DNA of 64,000 nt from a virus, in the IMG/VR virus record IMGVR_UViG_3300048033_001096, positions 105,232 to 169,231 of that record, one strand, 5' to 3'. Position numbers and translations under genes: made by a program. Of the stretch, positions 38,781 through 48,012 are shown in pieces; position 1 is the first letter of the stretch; each line of letters starts with the position of its first letter. A model generated the notes under the pieces. It was not told where the DNA came from. It ran no database searches and worked only from the letters and a program-made list of their open reading frames with translations.

Positions 38781-39599
38781 ATGATAATGAATGATAATAT
38801 TGATAACGAAGAACTAGAAAGTGAAGTAGTTGATTATCGCACTCTCGAATTAACCGACGAACATGGTACTGAATGGGTTGAGGTTAATTACACATACGAC
38901 TGTCCTATTAGTAATTACTTAGACGGTGAAGAAACTGAAACAATTGACATGGTATATAAAGGTCCTAGATATTTGTATATGTATGTTAATAAAGACGATG
39001 AAGAGTTAGATAGAAATGGAGAGTTTGAAACGGTATTGAGAGAATTTGAAGTACGTCTCGAAACTAGTGATTTTACAAATCTTCCTGGAGAAGTAGAAAT
39101 TATTAAGTTGGATGCTACAAAGGATCCGTTAGGAGCAGAAGTATTATCTGATTATCATAATAACTATATGGACATGGAAGAATGGGAAGAAACACCTAGC
39201 GAAAAAACAATCCCAGAAACTCCAATTGACGGTTATGGCTATTTTTCATACGAATATCCAATTCATCCAGACGAGTTATATGACGATAAAAAGACACGCT
39301 GGAACTTCGAAACAGGCGAACTCGATTTATACAAAAACACTAATAGTGATGTATTAGGTGAAACACGAACTTGGAAAAGTATTAAGGTAGAGAGAAATGA
39401 AAGACTAGCCGAAGCTGATGTTCCGGCAATGACTTTTGCTGTTGTAGACCCTGATAGAGCAGCAGGTATAGAAACATATAAACAGCTTCTCAGAGATTTC
39501 CCACAAAAAATGGCAGAAGCAGGAATTGATATGATTTTTGTTGATTCATGCTGGCCTGAATGTGCAGAATTAGATGACGATTACGGTCTAGACGATTAA
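38781..39599 (+). CDS. Tail fibre assembly chaperone-like protein
   Basis: C-terminal W..IK.ERN.RL...D....Y.Q.LRDFPQ motif; acidic. Confidence 0.65.
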   Translation: MIMNDNIDNEELESEVVDYRTLELTDEHGTEWVEVNYTYDCPISNYLDGEETETIDMVYKGPRYLYMYVNKDDEELDRNGEFETVLREFEVRLETSDFTNLPGEVEIIKLDATKDPLGAEVLSDYHNNYMDMEEWEETPSEKTIPETPIDGYGYFSYEYPIHPDELYDDKKTRWNFETGELDLYKNTNSDVLGETRTWKSIKVERNERLAEADVPAMTFAVVDPDRAAGIETYKQLLRDFPQKMAEAGIDMIFVDSCWPECAELDDDYGLDD

Positions 39600-39623
39600 T
39601 ATATAATTTAAAAATCTTACTTT

Positions 39624-39650
39624 AAAAGGCTTGGCAACAAGCCTTTTTTT
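39624..39650 (+). terminator. Intrinsic terminator
   Basis: AAAAGGCTTG-GCAA-CAAGCCTTTTTTT. Confidence 0.85.
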
Positions 39651-39683
39651 GTGCCAGATCTAAATTTATTTGTAAGAAGGTAC

Positions 39684-39691
39684 TATAAATA
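39684..39691 (+). promoter_or_regulatory. T4-type late promoter for the GT/carbamoyltransferase/oxygenase operon
   Basis: Perfect TATAAATA, 27 nt upstream of the ATG at 39719. Confidence 0.7.
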
Positions 39692-39718
39692 TTTTGTAAT
39701 TACAAAAAGGTATCCTTA

Positions 39719-40705
39719 ATGACAAGATCAACAGCTTTCTTTATCAACGGCGGCGCAGGCCGTGTTATAACATCAATACCAGCATTAGAACTTTACGAAA
39801 AAGAAAATCCTAACGATGATTTTATTATTGTGTGCGAGGGCGGAACTGATTTTTATAAAGGTCATCCAACTTTGCATAACCGTGCATACGATACGTGGCA
39901 TAAAGGATTATTTGAGCAATATATTAAAGACAGAAATTGTGTAAGTCCTGAGCCTTATCGTATTTGGGAATATTATAATCAAAAGTGCAGTTTAGCACAA
40001 GCATTTGATATTGAAATTAACAAACAGGGAATTAGAGAAGTACATATACCGTCTATATATCTTAACAAAGCAGAAGAATATAATGGAAAAACAGTTGTTG
40101 ATGAAGTTAAGTCTGTTACTGGATTTAATAAGGTAGTTGTAATTCAACCATTTGGTAGAGGCGTTGAAGAAACACTCATTGATCAAACATCTAGAAGTTT
40201 TAGAGCTGACGACATGTTAGATATTGCTAATCAATTAAAACAAGATTACGGTGTAATTATTATGAGTGAATTGCCATTACCTTTATATAACGAAGATGGT
40301 GATCCTACTCCTTTAGCACAGCCGCAAATACCGGATATAAGAATATGGGCCGGAGTAATTAAAGAAGCAGATCATTTCTTAGGTTGCGATAGTGTAGGGC
40401 AACATATAGCAAAGTCTCTTGGAACTACTGCTACAGTAATAACAGGTAGTACTTACCCTATTAATACATCATATGTTAACGACAAAGATGTTGACATCTT
40501 TGACGTTGGAGACGGACGACGAGTATATAGTCCAATACGTGTATCTACAGAAGAAGAGCCCGACAGGTTGAATGATAAAGCTATGAATATGAGTAAAGAA
40601 CATGTTAATGATATTGTTAAATCAATTAAAAATCGTGTAGGGAAATCAATAAAGACTACACCAAAACCACCTAACGAACAGATGAATAATGGAGGAAATC
40701 TATGA
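39719..40705 (+). CDS. GT-B glycosyltransferase, family 9 (heptosyltransferase)-like
   Basis: N-terminal GGAGRVITSIPAL (cf. GD.l...P.l), VVIQPFG and FLGCDSVGQHIAKSLG (cf. DSG..H.A.A.G). Confidence 0.7.
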   Translation: MTRSTAFFINGGAGRVITSIPALELYEKENPNDDFIIVCEGGTDFYKGHPTLHNRAYDTWHKGLFEQYIKDRNCVSPEPYRIWEYYNQKCSLAQAFDIEINKQGIREVHIPSIYLNKAEEYNGKTVVDEVKSVTGFNKVVVIQPFGRGVEETLIDQTSRSFRADDMLDIANQLKQDYGVIIMSELPLPLYNEDGDPTPLAQPQIPDIRIWAGVIKEADHFLGCDSVGQHIAKSLGTTATVITGSTYPINTSYVNDKDVDIFDVGDGRRVYSPIRVSTEEEPDRLNDKAMNMSKEHVNDIVKSIKNRVGKSIKTTPKPPNEQMNNGGNL

Positions 40706-42501
40706 GCATGTGGATAGCAGGCCTTTCTAGAGGCCACAACGCCGGAGTATGTTTACTTAAAGACGGTGAAATTGTTTTTTCTATTGAAGAAGAACGATTA
40801 ACTCGAAAAAAATACGACGGTGGACCTCTAGCGTCTATTCTAAAAATATTAGAATATACAGACAAGCTAGATTATATGGTTATTTCACACACACAAACTA
40901 TCGAACAAACAGCAGGTAAGATTGACTACACAGCTGAAGATTATATGACTGCACTTGCTCGTAAAGTTGGATTAATTGATTATCATCCTCCATGGGAACC
41001 ACATCCGCAAGTAATTGACGTATCTAAACTTCATCATAAAATGCATGCTTCGTTAGCTTTTTATAGATCAGGTTTTGAAAAGGCTATTGCAGTTATTGTC
41101 GACGGTGCAGGTACAGAGTTTGCTATTGAAGCTGATGACCAAATAAAAAGTATGTGGGAAACAGAAACTATTTACGAATGCTCATATCCTGATAATATTA
41201 AAACACTTTTTAAGACATTAGGATGTAGAGACTATATGCCATTAATGCCTATGGATGCACCGGACCAAGATATATTTGGAAATCCAACAGGTGATAAATT
41301 TCCGTGTGCATTGCATGATAGAGCTGGAATTGTAAAGTGCTATGAAGGCGTTACTGAGTATTGTGGATGGGATGCAATTGAAGCAGGTAAAACTATGGGG
41401 TTATTTCCATACGGCAACTCTAACGATGATATTCCGCCTATCTTTGATTATCAATCAGATTTTGGTGCTCCGTTAAGTAATCGTAATTTATTTGTACCAA
41501 GATACCCAAATGGATCTATTGTAAACGAACACTATTATAGTTACTTAATTGACAAAGGCGAAGAAGACGCTACACAAGAACAAAATCGACGAGATTTAGC
41601 ATATGCTGTACAAGTTGAATCTCAAGCAGCAGTTACAAAATTAATAAAAGATGCTGTTGAAAATACTGGCATTAAAAATATTGTTGTCAGTGGAGGATAT
41701 GGATTAAATTGTGTTGCAAACTATCATTATTTAAAAGAATTAGACGATGATATAAATCTTTATGTAGAACCAGTGTCAAATGACGGTGGTACAGCTATGG
41801 GTGCAGCATTATGGTTATACAGAAGTATTACTAAGGACAGTAAAATTGAAAAACAATCAGATAATGTGTATTTAGGTCCTAAATACAATATTGTCGACAG
41901 TGATATAGAACAATTAGCAACAAAGTATAATGCTACGGTTACAGATGCAACCCATCAAGATGTAATTGATTTAATTACAAGCAAAAATATTGTTACATTG
42001 TTTCAAGGAAGATCAGAAAACGGTCCTCGTGCATTAGGTAACAGAAGTATTATGTACGATCCAACTGACCCTCATGGTAAAGATTTTGTTAATATGGTTA
42101 AGCATCGTGAATATTTTCGACCATTTGCTGGTAGTATTTTAGAAGAAGATGTACACGAATGGTTTGACTTACGTGGCATGGAAAGTTCGCCTACAATGAT
42201 GTATGCTGTTAACTGTCTACCCGGCGTTGAAGAAAAGATTCCTGCTATTATTCACGTAGACGGAACCTGTCGTATTCAAACTGTAAACAGAGAACAAAAT
42301 CCACATTACTATGATATTATTAAAACTTTTAAAGAAAAAACTGGATGTCCTATTATCTTTAATACTAGTTTTAATTTAGGAGGAGACCCATTAGTCGAAA
42401 CACTAGAAGATGCATTTATAACACTTTCAAAAAGTGACATTAACTATTTATATTTGCCAGAAAATGGTAAACTAATAAGGATAACAGCAAATGAGTCTTA
42501 A
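40702..42501 (+). CDS. O-carbamoyltransferase (NodU/CmcH/TobZ family)
   Basis: GHNAG, EEERLTRKK, HHKMHA, DGAG, GKTMGL, SGGYGLNC, GPRALGNRS, REYFRPFA, HVDGTCRIQTV, NTSFN. Confidence 0.95.
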   Translation: MSMWIAGLSRGHNAGVCLLKDGEIVFSIEEERLTRKKYDGGPLASILKILEYTDKLDYMVISHTQTIEQTAGKIDYTAEDYMTALARKVGLIDYHPPWEPHPQVIDVSKLHHKMHASLAFYRSGFEKAIAVIVDGAGTEFAIEADDQIKSMWETETIYECSYPDNIKTLFKTLGCRDYMPLMPMDAPDQDIFGNPTGDKFPCALHDRAGIVKCYEGVTEYCGWDAIEAGKTMGLFPYGNSNDDIPPIFDYQSDFGAPLSNRNLFVPRYPNGSIVNEHYYSYLIDKGEEDATQEQNRRDLAYAVQVESQAAVTKLIKDAVENTGIKNIVVSGGYGLNCVANYHYLKELDDDINLYVEPVSNDGGTAMGAALWLYRSITKDSKIEKQSDNVYLGPKYNIVDSDIEQLATKYNATVTDATHQDVIDLITSKNIVTLFQGRSENGPRALGNRSIMYDPTDPHGKDFVNMVKHREYFRPFAGSILEEDVHEWFDLRGMESSPTMMYAVNCLPGVEEKIPAIIHVDGTCRIQTVNREQNPHYYDIIKTFKEKTGCPIIFNTSFNLGGDPLVETLEDAFITLSKSDINYLYLPENGKLIRITANES

Positions 42502-43117
42502 TCTAATATTTGGAACTCCGGTATATAAAACTAAAATGCCAAATCATGAAGAAATAGTAGAGGGGTTTATGCCCTTTATTGAAAATAAAGAAAATTTTGA
42601 CATATCAACATTTTGGGACTGTGAATGTAGAACAACTATTCAAAATGATGATAAGAATGAAAAATTTCCGTGGCAATTATTTTTTGAAAATGTATATAAA
42701 GAAGTTGATAACTATTCTGATGCAATTGGATTGTCAGAATGGGGGAAAGATAACATGTATGCCCAAGCCTGGATTAATAGATACGACGAAGGACAATATC
42801 AAGAAGTTCATTCACACGGTGGCGGCAACTTATTAATTAGTTGTGCATATATGTTAAAACTGCCCGAAGAAAGTGCAAAATTTTCTTTTTATAAATCAAA
42901 TTATGAAGAATTTCCAGTACATCTTGCACAAGCATTTACTGGTACTCCGCCATATTTTGGAAGAAGAGTTACACCACCGTTAGAAGAAGGAGATATTATA
43001 TTTTTTCCTTCAAGTCTAGATCATTATGTATCAACACATAAATCATCACAACTAAGATCAACAATTAGTGCAAATTTTGGTGTTGCTATCGAGAAGCTAA
43101 CCATTCAGCAAAGCTAG
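42491..43117 (+). CDS. 2OG-Fe(II) oxygenase (TIGR02466-like)
   Basis: W.N.Y..G.YQ..HSH...IS..Y and EGDIIFFPS.L.H.V...R.TIS.N. Confidence 0.85.
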   Translation: MSLNLIFGTPVYKTKMPNHEEIVEGFMPFIENKENFDISTFWDCECRTTIQNDDKNEKFPWQLFFENVYKEVDNYSDAIGLSEWGKDNMYAQAWINRYDEGQYQEVHSHGGGNLLISCAYMLKLPEESAKFSFYKSNYEEFPVHLAQAFTGTPPYFGRRVTPPLEEGDIIFFPSSLDHYVSTHKSSQLRSTISANFGVAIEKLTIQQS

Positions 43118-43772
43118 CTAGATCGTCAAAGATAATAGTTTTTTTCTTAATTTTTTGATTACTAAATTTATTAAGTTCTTTTAATGTTTCTAACCCGTAA
43201 CCAGTTTTTACTAGTACAGGCTTTGCTCCTATTTTAAATGCAGCTTTTAAATCAGATATTTTGTCACCGACATAAAATCCTCTTTTAAATTTAATAAAAG
43301 AAAATTCTTCTTCGCATCTTTTAAACATGCCGGTATTAGGTTTTGCAAATTGATCCCATCTTGCACTTGTTTCGCTATAATATAGTGCATCAATACTAGC
43401 GCATCCGGCTTCGCCTAGTAACTCAAACATATGATTATGGACAGTGTTTACATCGTTTTGGGTATAGATACCTTTGCCTATACCTCCTTGATTAGTAATT
43501 ATAACAATTTTATGTCCTAAGCGACGAAGTTTAGCAATTGCTTCTAAACTTCCCGAAATAGGTTCGAAGTCTTCTACCTTGTAAGTGTACTCGCCTCTAT
43601 CAACATTAATAACACCGTCTCTGTCTAGACCAATCACACATTTAGGAGCAATGTTGTGTACAGTGTCATAGTAAGGAATATTGTAGTCGTCTTTTTCTTT
43701 ATCAGTACTATATTTAATTTGGGAAGTTTTAGATTTAGTAACAGGAGTATTACCCCACATATTATAACTCAT
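43086..43772 (-). CDS. gmhB: D-glycero-D-manno-heptose-1,7-bisphosphate phosphatase (HAD)
   Basis: LDRDGVIN, ITNQGGI, KPNTGM, VGDKISD, LVKTGYG. Confidence 0.9.
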   Translation of the reverse strand: MSYNMWGNTPVTKSKTSQIKYSTDKEKDDYNIPYYDTVHNIAPKCVIGLDRDGVINVDRGEYTYKVEDFEPISGSLEAIAKLRRLGHKIVIITNQGGIGKGIYTQNDVNTVHNHMFELLGEAGCASIDALYYSETSARWDQFAKPNTGMFKRCEEEFSFIKFKRGFYVGDKISDLKAAFKIGAKPVLVKTGYGLETLKELNKFSNQKIKKKTIIFDDLASFAEWLASR

Positions 43773-43773
43773 A

Positions 43774-44166
43774 TTACTCTCCAGAGTTAACTAGTGTTTG
43801 ACTATCTCCAGCCGCAATTCTATAATTGTCTTCAACTGAATCAGGCGTACTAACTTCAGTAACACTGCCTTCTTTTGTTAAACAAATTAATTGATGTGGC
43901 TGCAATGGAGGATTACGCCACACTTCGCCTTCCTTTAATTCTTTTTCGTGTAATGTAGAATCTTTTGTATCAATATACGCAACTTTAAATTTTCCACTAT
44001 TTACAAACCAAGTTTCGTCTTTTTCTTTATGAAAGTGCATACTTGTCTTAGCCATTTCTCTAGTAAAGACCATAATTTTTCCACAGTATAAATCATTAGT
44101 TGCCCAAATCATTTCGTAGCCCCAGCCTTTTTTATCTACACCGCTTAGTCTAGTTGGTTGATCCAT
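43774..44166 (-). CDS. Cupin, sugar(-phosphate) isomerase-like
   Basis: KGWGYE, YCGK, SMHFHKEKDETW, P...H and EVST...DNYR. Confidence 0.75.
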   Translation of the reverse strand: MDQPTRLSGVDKKGWGYEMIWATNDLYCGKIMVFTREMAKTSMHFHKEKDETWFVNSGKFKVAYIDTKDSTLHEKELKEGEVWRNPPLQPHQLICLTKEGSVTEVSTPDSVEDNYRIAAGDSQTLVNSGE

Positions 44167-44968
44167 TTATGTACTCCTCTACTGTTGTAAATTTTAGATC
44201 TGTAACATTACTTAATTTAGTAATATCTGCGCATGTGTATTCTTGATATTGCCCTTTTAATTTATCAGGCATTGGTATATACTTTATTTTAGCATTGTGT
44301 TTTTTAGAAATTATTTCAGCAACATCTTGAAAACTTGTAGTTTTGCCTGTTCCGATATTGTAAATGTCAGATATATCAGATTTTAGCAGTTGTTTGTGTA
44401 TTTTACAAATGTCGCCTACATATATAAAATCTCGTTTGTAATTGTCACTATCTTCAAATAACTCAATAGTACTAGTATCTTCTGCTTGTTTTGTAAATTT
44501 AGTAATAGGACTTGCTTGGTTTTCTTTGTGTTCTTCAAAAGGTCCATATGCATTAAAATATCTAAAACCTTGTACAACAACATTACGATTAGATAACCCT
44601 AGCACCCATCGATCGAATAAGTACTTACTCCATGCATATGGACTTTGCGGCTGCTTAGGGTCATCTTCGCCAAATTTTTCATATGGTCCGTATACGCTTG
44701 CACTAGAGGCATATTGAAAATTTACTCCCTTTGTATTGCATTGATTAAATAACCATTTACTAAATTCATAATTTTGTAACATAATTTTATCAACATTGTT
44801 CTCAGTAGTACTAGATATTGCACCTAAATGTATAACCCAGTCATATCCTTCTACTTCTGGAAGCATTTCATCTTGCCATTCGTACCCAAACAACTCATGT
44901 TCGTCTTGTAACGCTAAAGTTAGATTTTGTCCTATAAATCCTTTGTGACCTGTAATTAATATTTTCAT
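44150..44968 (-). CDS. hldD: ADP-L-glycero-D-manno-heptose-6-epimerase
   Basis: TGHKGFIG, HLGAISSTTE, YASSASVYG, YAWSK, FRYFNAYGP, RDFIYV, YQEYTCAD. Confidence 0.9.
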   Translation of the reverse strand: MKILITGHKGFIGQNLTLALQDEHELFGYEWQDEMLPEVEGYDWVIHLGAISSTTENNVDKIMLQNYEFSKWLFNQCNTKGVNFQYASSASVYGPYEKFGEDDPKQPQSPYAWSKYLFDRWVLGLSNRNVVVQGFRYFNAYGPFEEHKENQASPITKFTKQAEDTSTIELFEDSDNYKRDFIYVGDICKIHKQLLKSDISDIYNIGTGKTTSFQDVAEIISKKHNAKIKYIPMPDKLKGQYQEYTCADITKLSNVTDLKFTTVEEYINGSTN

Positions 44969-46107
44969 TTTTTATTCTCTAAAATTTTTGTTGTAGAATG
45001 ACCTTCTACTGTTGGAATAATATGTACAGGCGCAATGTCATGTCCTACAACATCTCCAGCAGAATAATCACCGCCTTTTACAATTAGATCTGGTTTTAAA
45101 TTTTTAATTAATTCGTATGGTGTTTCGTCATCGAAAATTATAATTTCGTCAACATATGGAAGGAGTTCTAATTGTTCTCTTCTAACACTAACTGAATTAA
45201 ACGGACGGTCTTGCCCTTTATTTAATTGCACACTATGGTCGCTATTAAGACCGACAACTAATTTATCTCCCATGCTTTTAGCTTCTTTAAGTAGTGTAAG
45301 GTGTCCAGTATGTAATATGTCAAAACAACCGTTAGTAAAAACTGTTTTCCTACTTAAATCTTGCAAAGTTAATGTATATGTACCTACATGCTTAACACTT
45401 TCTGTCGATGCCCTATTTGCTAAATCTAATGCTTTCTGATAATCAAAATTGTTTATTAGTGCATAAACAAATGCAGCAAGAAAACAATCTCCAGCACCAG
45501 TAACATCATTTACTTCAACAGGGTCAGTAACTGATATATATCTCTTAGAGTCAAATTCAGCAGTAACAGGTTTATCGGCATTTGTAACTATAATGTTGTT
45601 ATGCCATTTATTAAACTCAAACTCGTTAAACTCTTTATTATTAGGCTTTACTAACCAAGCACCCTTATAGTGTTTTGCGTGTCTTTTTGGGTCAACAATT
45701 ACTTTACAGTCAAACTTGTTACAATGTGCAATCATTTTTTCTACATTGTCAAGTACACCTTTATTATAATCACTAAAAATTACATACTTGTATTCGGATA
45801 AATCCATTTTAACAAAGTTTTCAAGAATGTCAAAACTATCTGCAATATGATCGTCGTCAATTCTTGATATATAATGACCGTCACAAATTATACGAGTTTT
45901 TGTACATTTCGGTTGATCATAATCGAGTATATGAGCATCTACACCTAAATTTATTAGATTGTCGTATACTAGTCCTGCTCCACCTGCAATCTCATCTGTG
46001 TAAATTTGTTTAACTACAGGAACTGGAGCTTCAGGACTTAATCGATCTGAAGTTCCGTAAATGTATTTGTCATTGATAATATCTCCGAGAACTAAAACTT
46101 TATTCAT
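44965..46107 (-). CDS. hldE: Bifunctional heptose-7-P kinase / heptose-1-P adenylyltransferase
   Basis: RLSPEAPVPV, SDYNKG, DVTGAGD (PfkB kinase) plus TNGCFDILHTGH, VGLNSD, KGGDY, STT (nucleotidyltransferase). Confidence 0.95.
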   Translation of the reverse strand: MNKVLVLGDIINDKYIYGTSDRLSPEAPVPVVKQIYTDEIAGGAGLVYDNLINLGVDAHILDYDQPKCTKTRIICDGHYISRIDDDHIADSFDILENFVKMDLSEYKYVIFSDYNKGVLDNVEKMIAHCNKFDCKVIVDPKRHAKHYKGAWLVKPNNKEFNEFEFNKWHNNIIVTNADKPVTAEFDSKRYISVTDPVEVNDVTGAGDCFLAAFVYALINNFDYQKALDLANRASTESVKHVGTYTLTLQDLSRKTVFTNGCFDILHTGHLTLLKEAKSMGDKLVVGLNSDHSVQLNKGQDRPFNSVSVRREQLELLPYVDEIIIFDDETPYELIKNLKPDLIVKGGDYSAGDVVGHDIAPVHIIPTVEGHSTTKILENKK

Positions 46108-46112
46108 AGTTT

Positions 46113-46141
46113 ATTATACTACCTTTATTATATCTAGTCAA
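46113..46141 (-). promoter_or_regulatory. sigma70 promoter for the hldE operon, leaderless
   Basis: Minus strand reads TTGACT-N17-TATAAT-AAACT-ATG(46107). Confidence 0.75.
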
Positions 46142-46565
46142 GTAAATTTATTACGTCAATTACTGTTTTTAATTTTGTTATATTACTTTTACGAGATAGT
46201 GTACTTTGAAGACCGGAGTGTAAAGGCTTTGGCCACTTGTTGAAAGTAACCCAAGCAAAGCCGTCGTGTTCGTTGTTTAATTTTGGTATAAATGTGTTTT
46301 CAACAACACACAAATAAGTATGAAACTGAAAGTGTTCGTCGTTGCTTACAAAAGTTTCTAAAGGAATAGTTTTCTTTATATCAATTTCGCCAATTTCTTC
46401 AGATATCTCACGACGAAGACCTTCCCACGGAGTTTCTTTTCCTTCATTAGTGCCGCCAACTAACCCCCATACGTTATTTCGGCTTCCATTTGCTCTGTGC
46501 AAAAATAGAAACATTTTTGTTTTTAAAGAATATACGAGGGCTCCACTACAAACAATTTCTTTCAT
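46134..46565 (-). CDS. NUDIX hydrolase
   Basis: WGLVGGTNEGKETPWEGLRREISEEIG Nudix box. Start placed at MKEIV (46565), 5 nt after GATAATTA, rather than 46604. Confidence 0.85.
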   Translation of the reverse strand: MKEIVCSGALVYSLKTKMFLFLHRANGSRNNVWGLVGGTNEGKETPWEGLRREISEEIGEIDIKKTIPLETFVSNDEHFQFHTYLCVVENTFIPKLNNEHDGFAWVTFNKWPKPLHSGLQSTLSRKSNITKLKTVIDVINLLD

Positions 46566-46578
46566 ACTAATAATTATC

Positions 46579-48012
46579 TTAGTATGAAATCCTCCAAGAG
46601 CCATTTGGATATTCGCCTTCGTAAGAGAGTATCCAATATTCTCCAGTCCATTTATACTGTGTTTGTGTGTTTATATTTGTAACAAATTCTTCTGACAGAT
46701 TCTCACTAGCATCAAATACAATATGCCAATTTAATCCATCCCATTCGATAATATCATTTTCACTGGCAACAAAGTCTGTATTATCTGCATTTTTCCAAGC
46801 TTCAGCTCCGTTAGAATTATCAGCATTTCCAATATTTCCTAACAATAATAGTCGATTACTTGATGATGAGTCCTGTACTTGTCTTGGATCAAATCTCTGA
46901 GGATCTATAATAAAATCTACATACGTTTTATCACCGCCTGGACCGTTTATAATACTGTCAGCTGGTAATGTTTCAACATCAGGACTTTGTAATATTAATT
47001 TAGTTTCGTCTGTATTGTCAACTGAATCAATTGTAAACACAATATCTAAGTCGTTTGATCGCTGTAATCTTAATTGTGTAATTCCGGGCTCAAAAGTACT
47101 TGGATGAGCAAGAAGCCACTGTGTCCAATTAGTTTTCCCTGCAATTCCGTTTTTCATTAATCTTGCAACTCCGTCAAGTACTTCTAAATCATAATCTTGA
47201 TATGTAGTTACAACTAGTGCTGATTCGTTAGTAAGTGCTTCGTCTGGCTGAATATTTACCTTAGTAGTATCTTCATTTTCTTTAATTTTCTGTTCGACTA
47301 AACTTTGTGTGTAAGCATTTTCGTCAATATTAACTTCTAGTCCATTGTCATTAAATATTGCTGTAATAATTTTAGTTATGACTCCTAACTTTTTAACTTT
47401 TGCAGGTGGACTAATAAAAATAGGAGTAGTTAGTGAAATAGTAGCTACGTCAATTTCGGATTCGGTACCGGTTGGTATACTTCTGCTAGAAAATGTAATG
47501 TTTTCCATATTTAATACACTTAAACTTGTCCAGTCTATATAATTATCAGTAGTTTGTATTTCTAAACTTGGATTAAACAACATAAAAATTTGCTCTAATA
47601 GCTGTAGTTTTTGATCTGTGTTAGTACTCCAAATATCTACGTTAACTGTAAGTGTATAAGGTGTAGGCATTAATCGCTCAACAGTATAATTTTTTCCGCC
47701 TGCATTAAGATATTCGTCACCGTTTTCATTTAACGCACGTTCTCGTATATTCATTTTGTTAACGTAACTTGAATCAGCTAATCGTGTAGTGTCCATTTCT
47801 AAACCAGTGATATATACTGCCATCCGGGGAGCACTTGGCAACTTATTTTCCGAGTTATCTCGCATTATGCTACCAACTTGTCGAGTTAAATCACCATATG
47901 TTACTGGTACTTGTACTAACCGACCTTGTCCGTCCTTATAACTAAATTGTCCAAATAATCTAACTATTTGTGTTAAGTACCTACGTATTTGTCCGTCATA
48001 AAAATGTTGCAT
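46579..48012 (-). CDS. gp15: Tail sheath stabiliser / completion protein (gp15-like)
   Basis: FYDGQIRRY, VPVTYG, P.PY.L...V.IW..NTDQ.LQ.LEQI...F.P. Confidence 0.8.
   Translation of the reverse strand: MQHFYDGQIRRYLTQIVRLFGQFSYKDGQGRLVQVPVTYGDLTRQVGSIMRDNSENKLPSAPRMAVYITGLEMDTTRLADSSYVNKMNIRERALNENGDEYLNAGGKNYTVERLMPTPYTLTVNVDIWSTNTDQKLQLLEQIFMLFNPSLEIQTTDNYIDWTSLSVLNMENITFSSRSIPTGTESEIDVATISLTTPIFISPPAKVKKLGVITKIITAIFNDNGLEVNIDENAYTQSLVEQKIKENEDTTKVNIQPDEALTNESALVVTTYQDYDLEVLDGVARLMKNGIAGKTNWTQWLLAHPSTFEPGITQLRLQRSNDLDIVFTIDSVDNTDETKLILQSPDVETLPADSIINGPGGDKTYVDFIIDPQRFDPRQVQDSSSSNRLLLLGNIGNADNSNGAEAWKNADNTDFVASENDIIEWDGLNWHIVFDASENLSEEFVTNINTQTQYKWTGEYWILSYEGEYPNGSWRISY

Noticed and set aside
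42491-43117. 2OG-Fe(II) oxygenase as a TET/JBP DNA-base hydroxylase
   Set aside because: Motifs fit the HxH TIGR02466-like family common in aquatic T4-like phages, not TET/JBP (HxD). DNA modification stays a secondary hypothesis only.
39719-46107. Heptose genes as bacterial host contamination or a prophage boundary
   Set aside because: They are flanked on both sides by virion genes, controlled by a phage late promoter, and similar in composition to the rest of the window.
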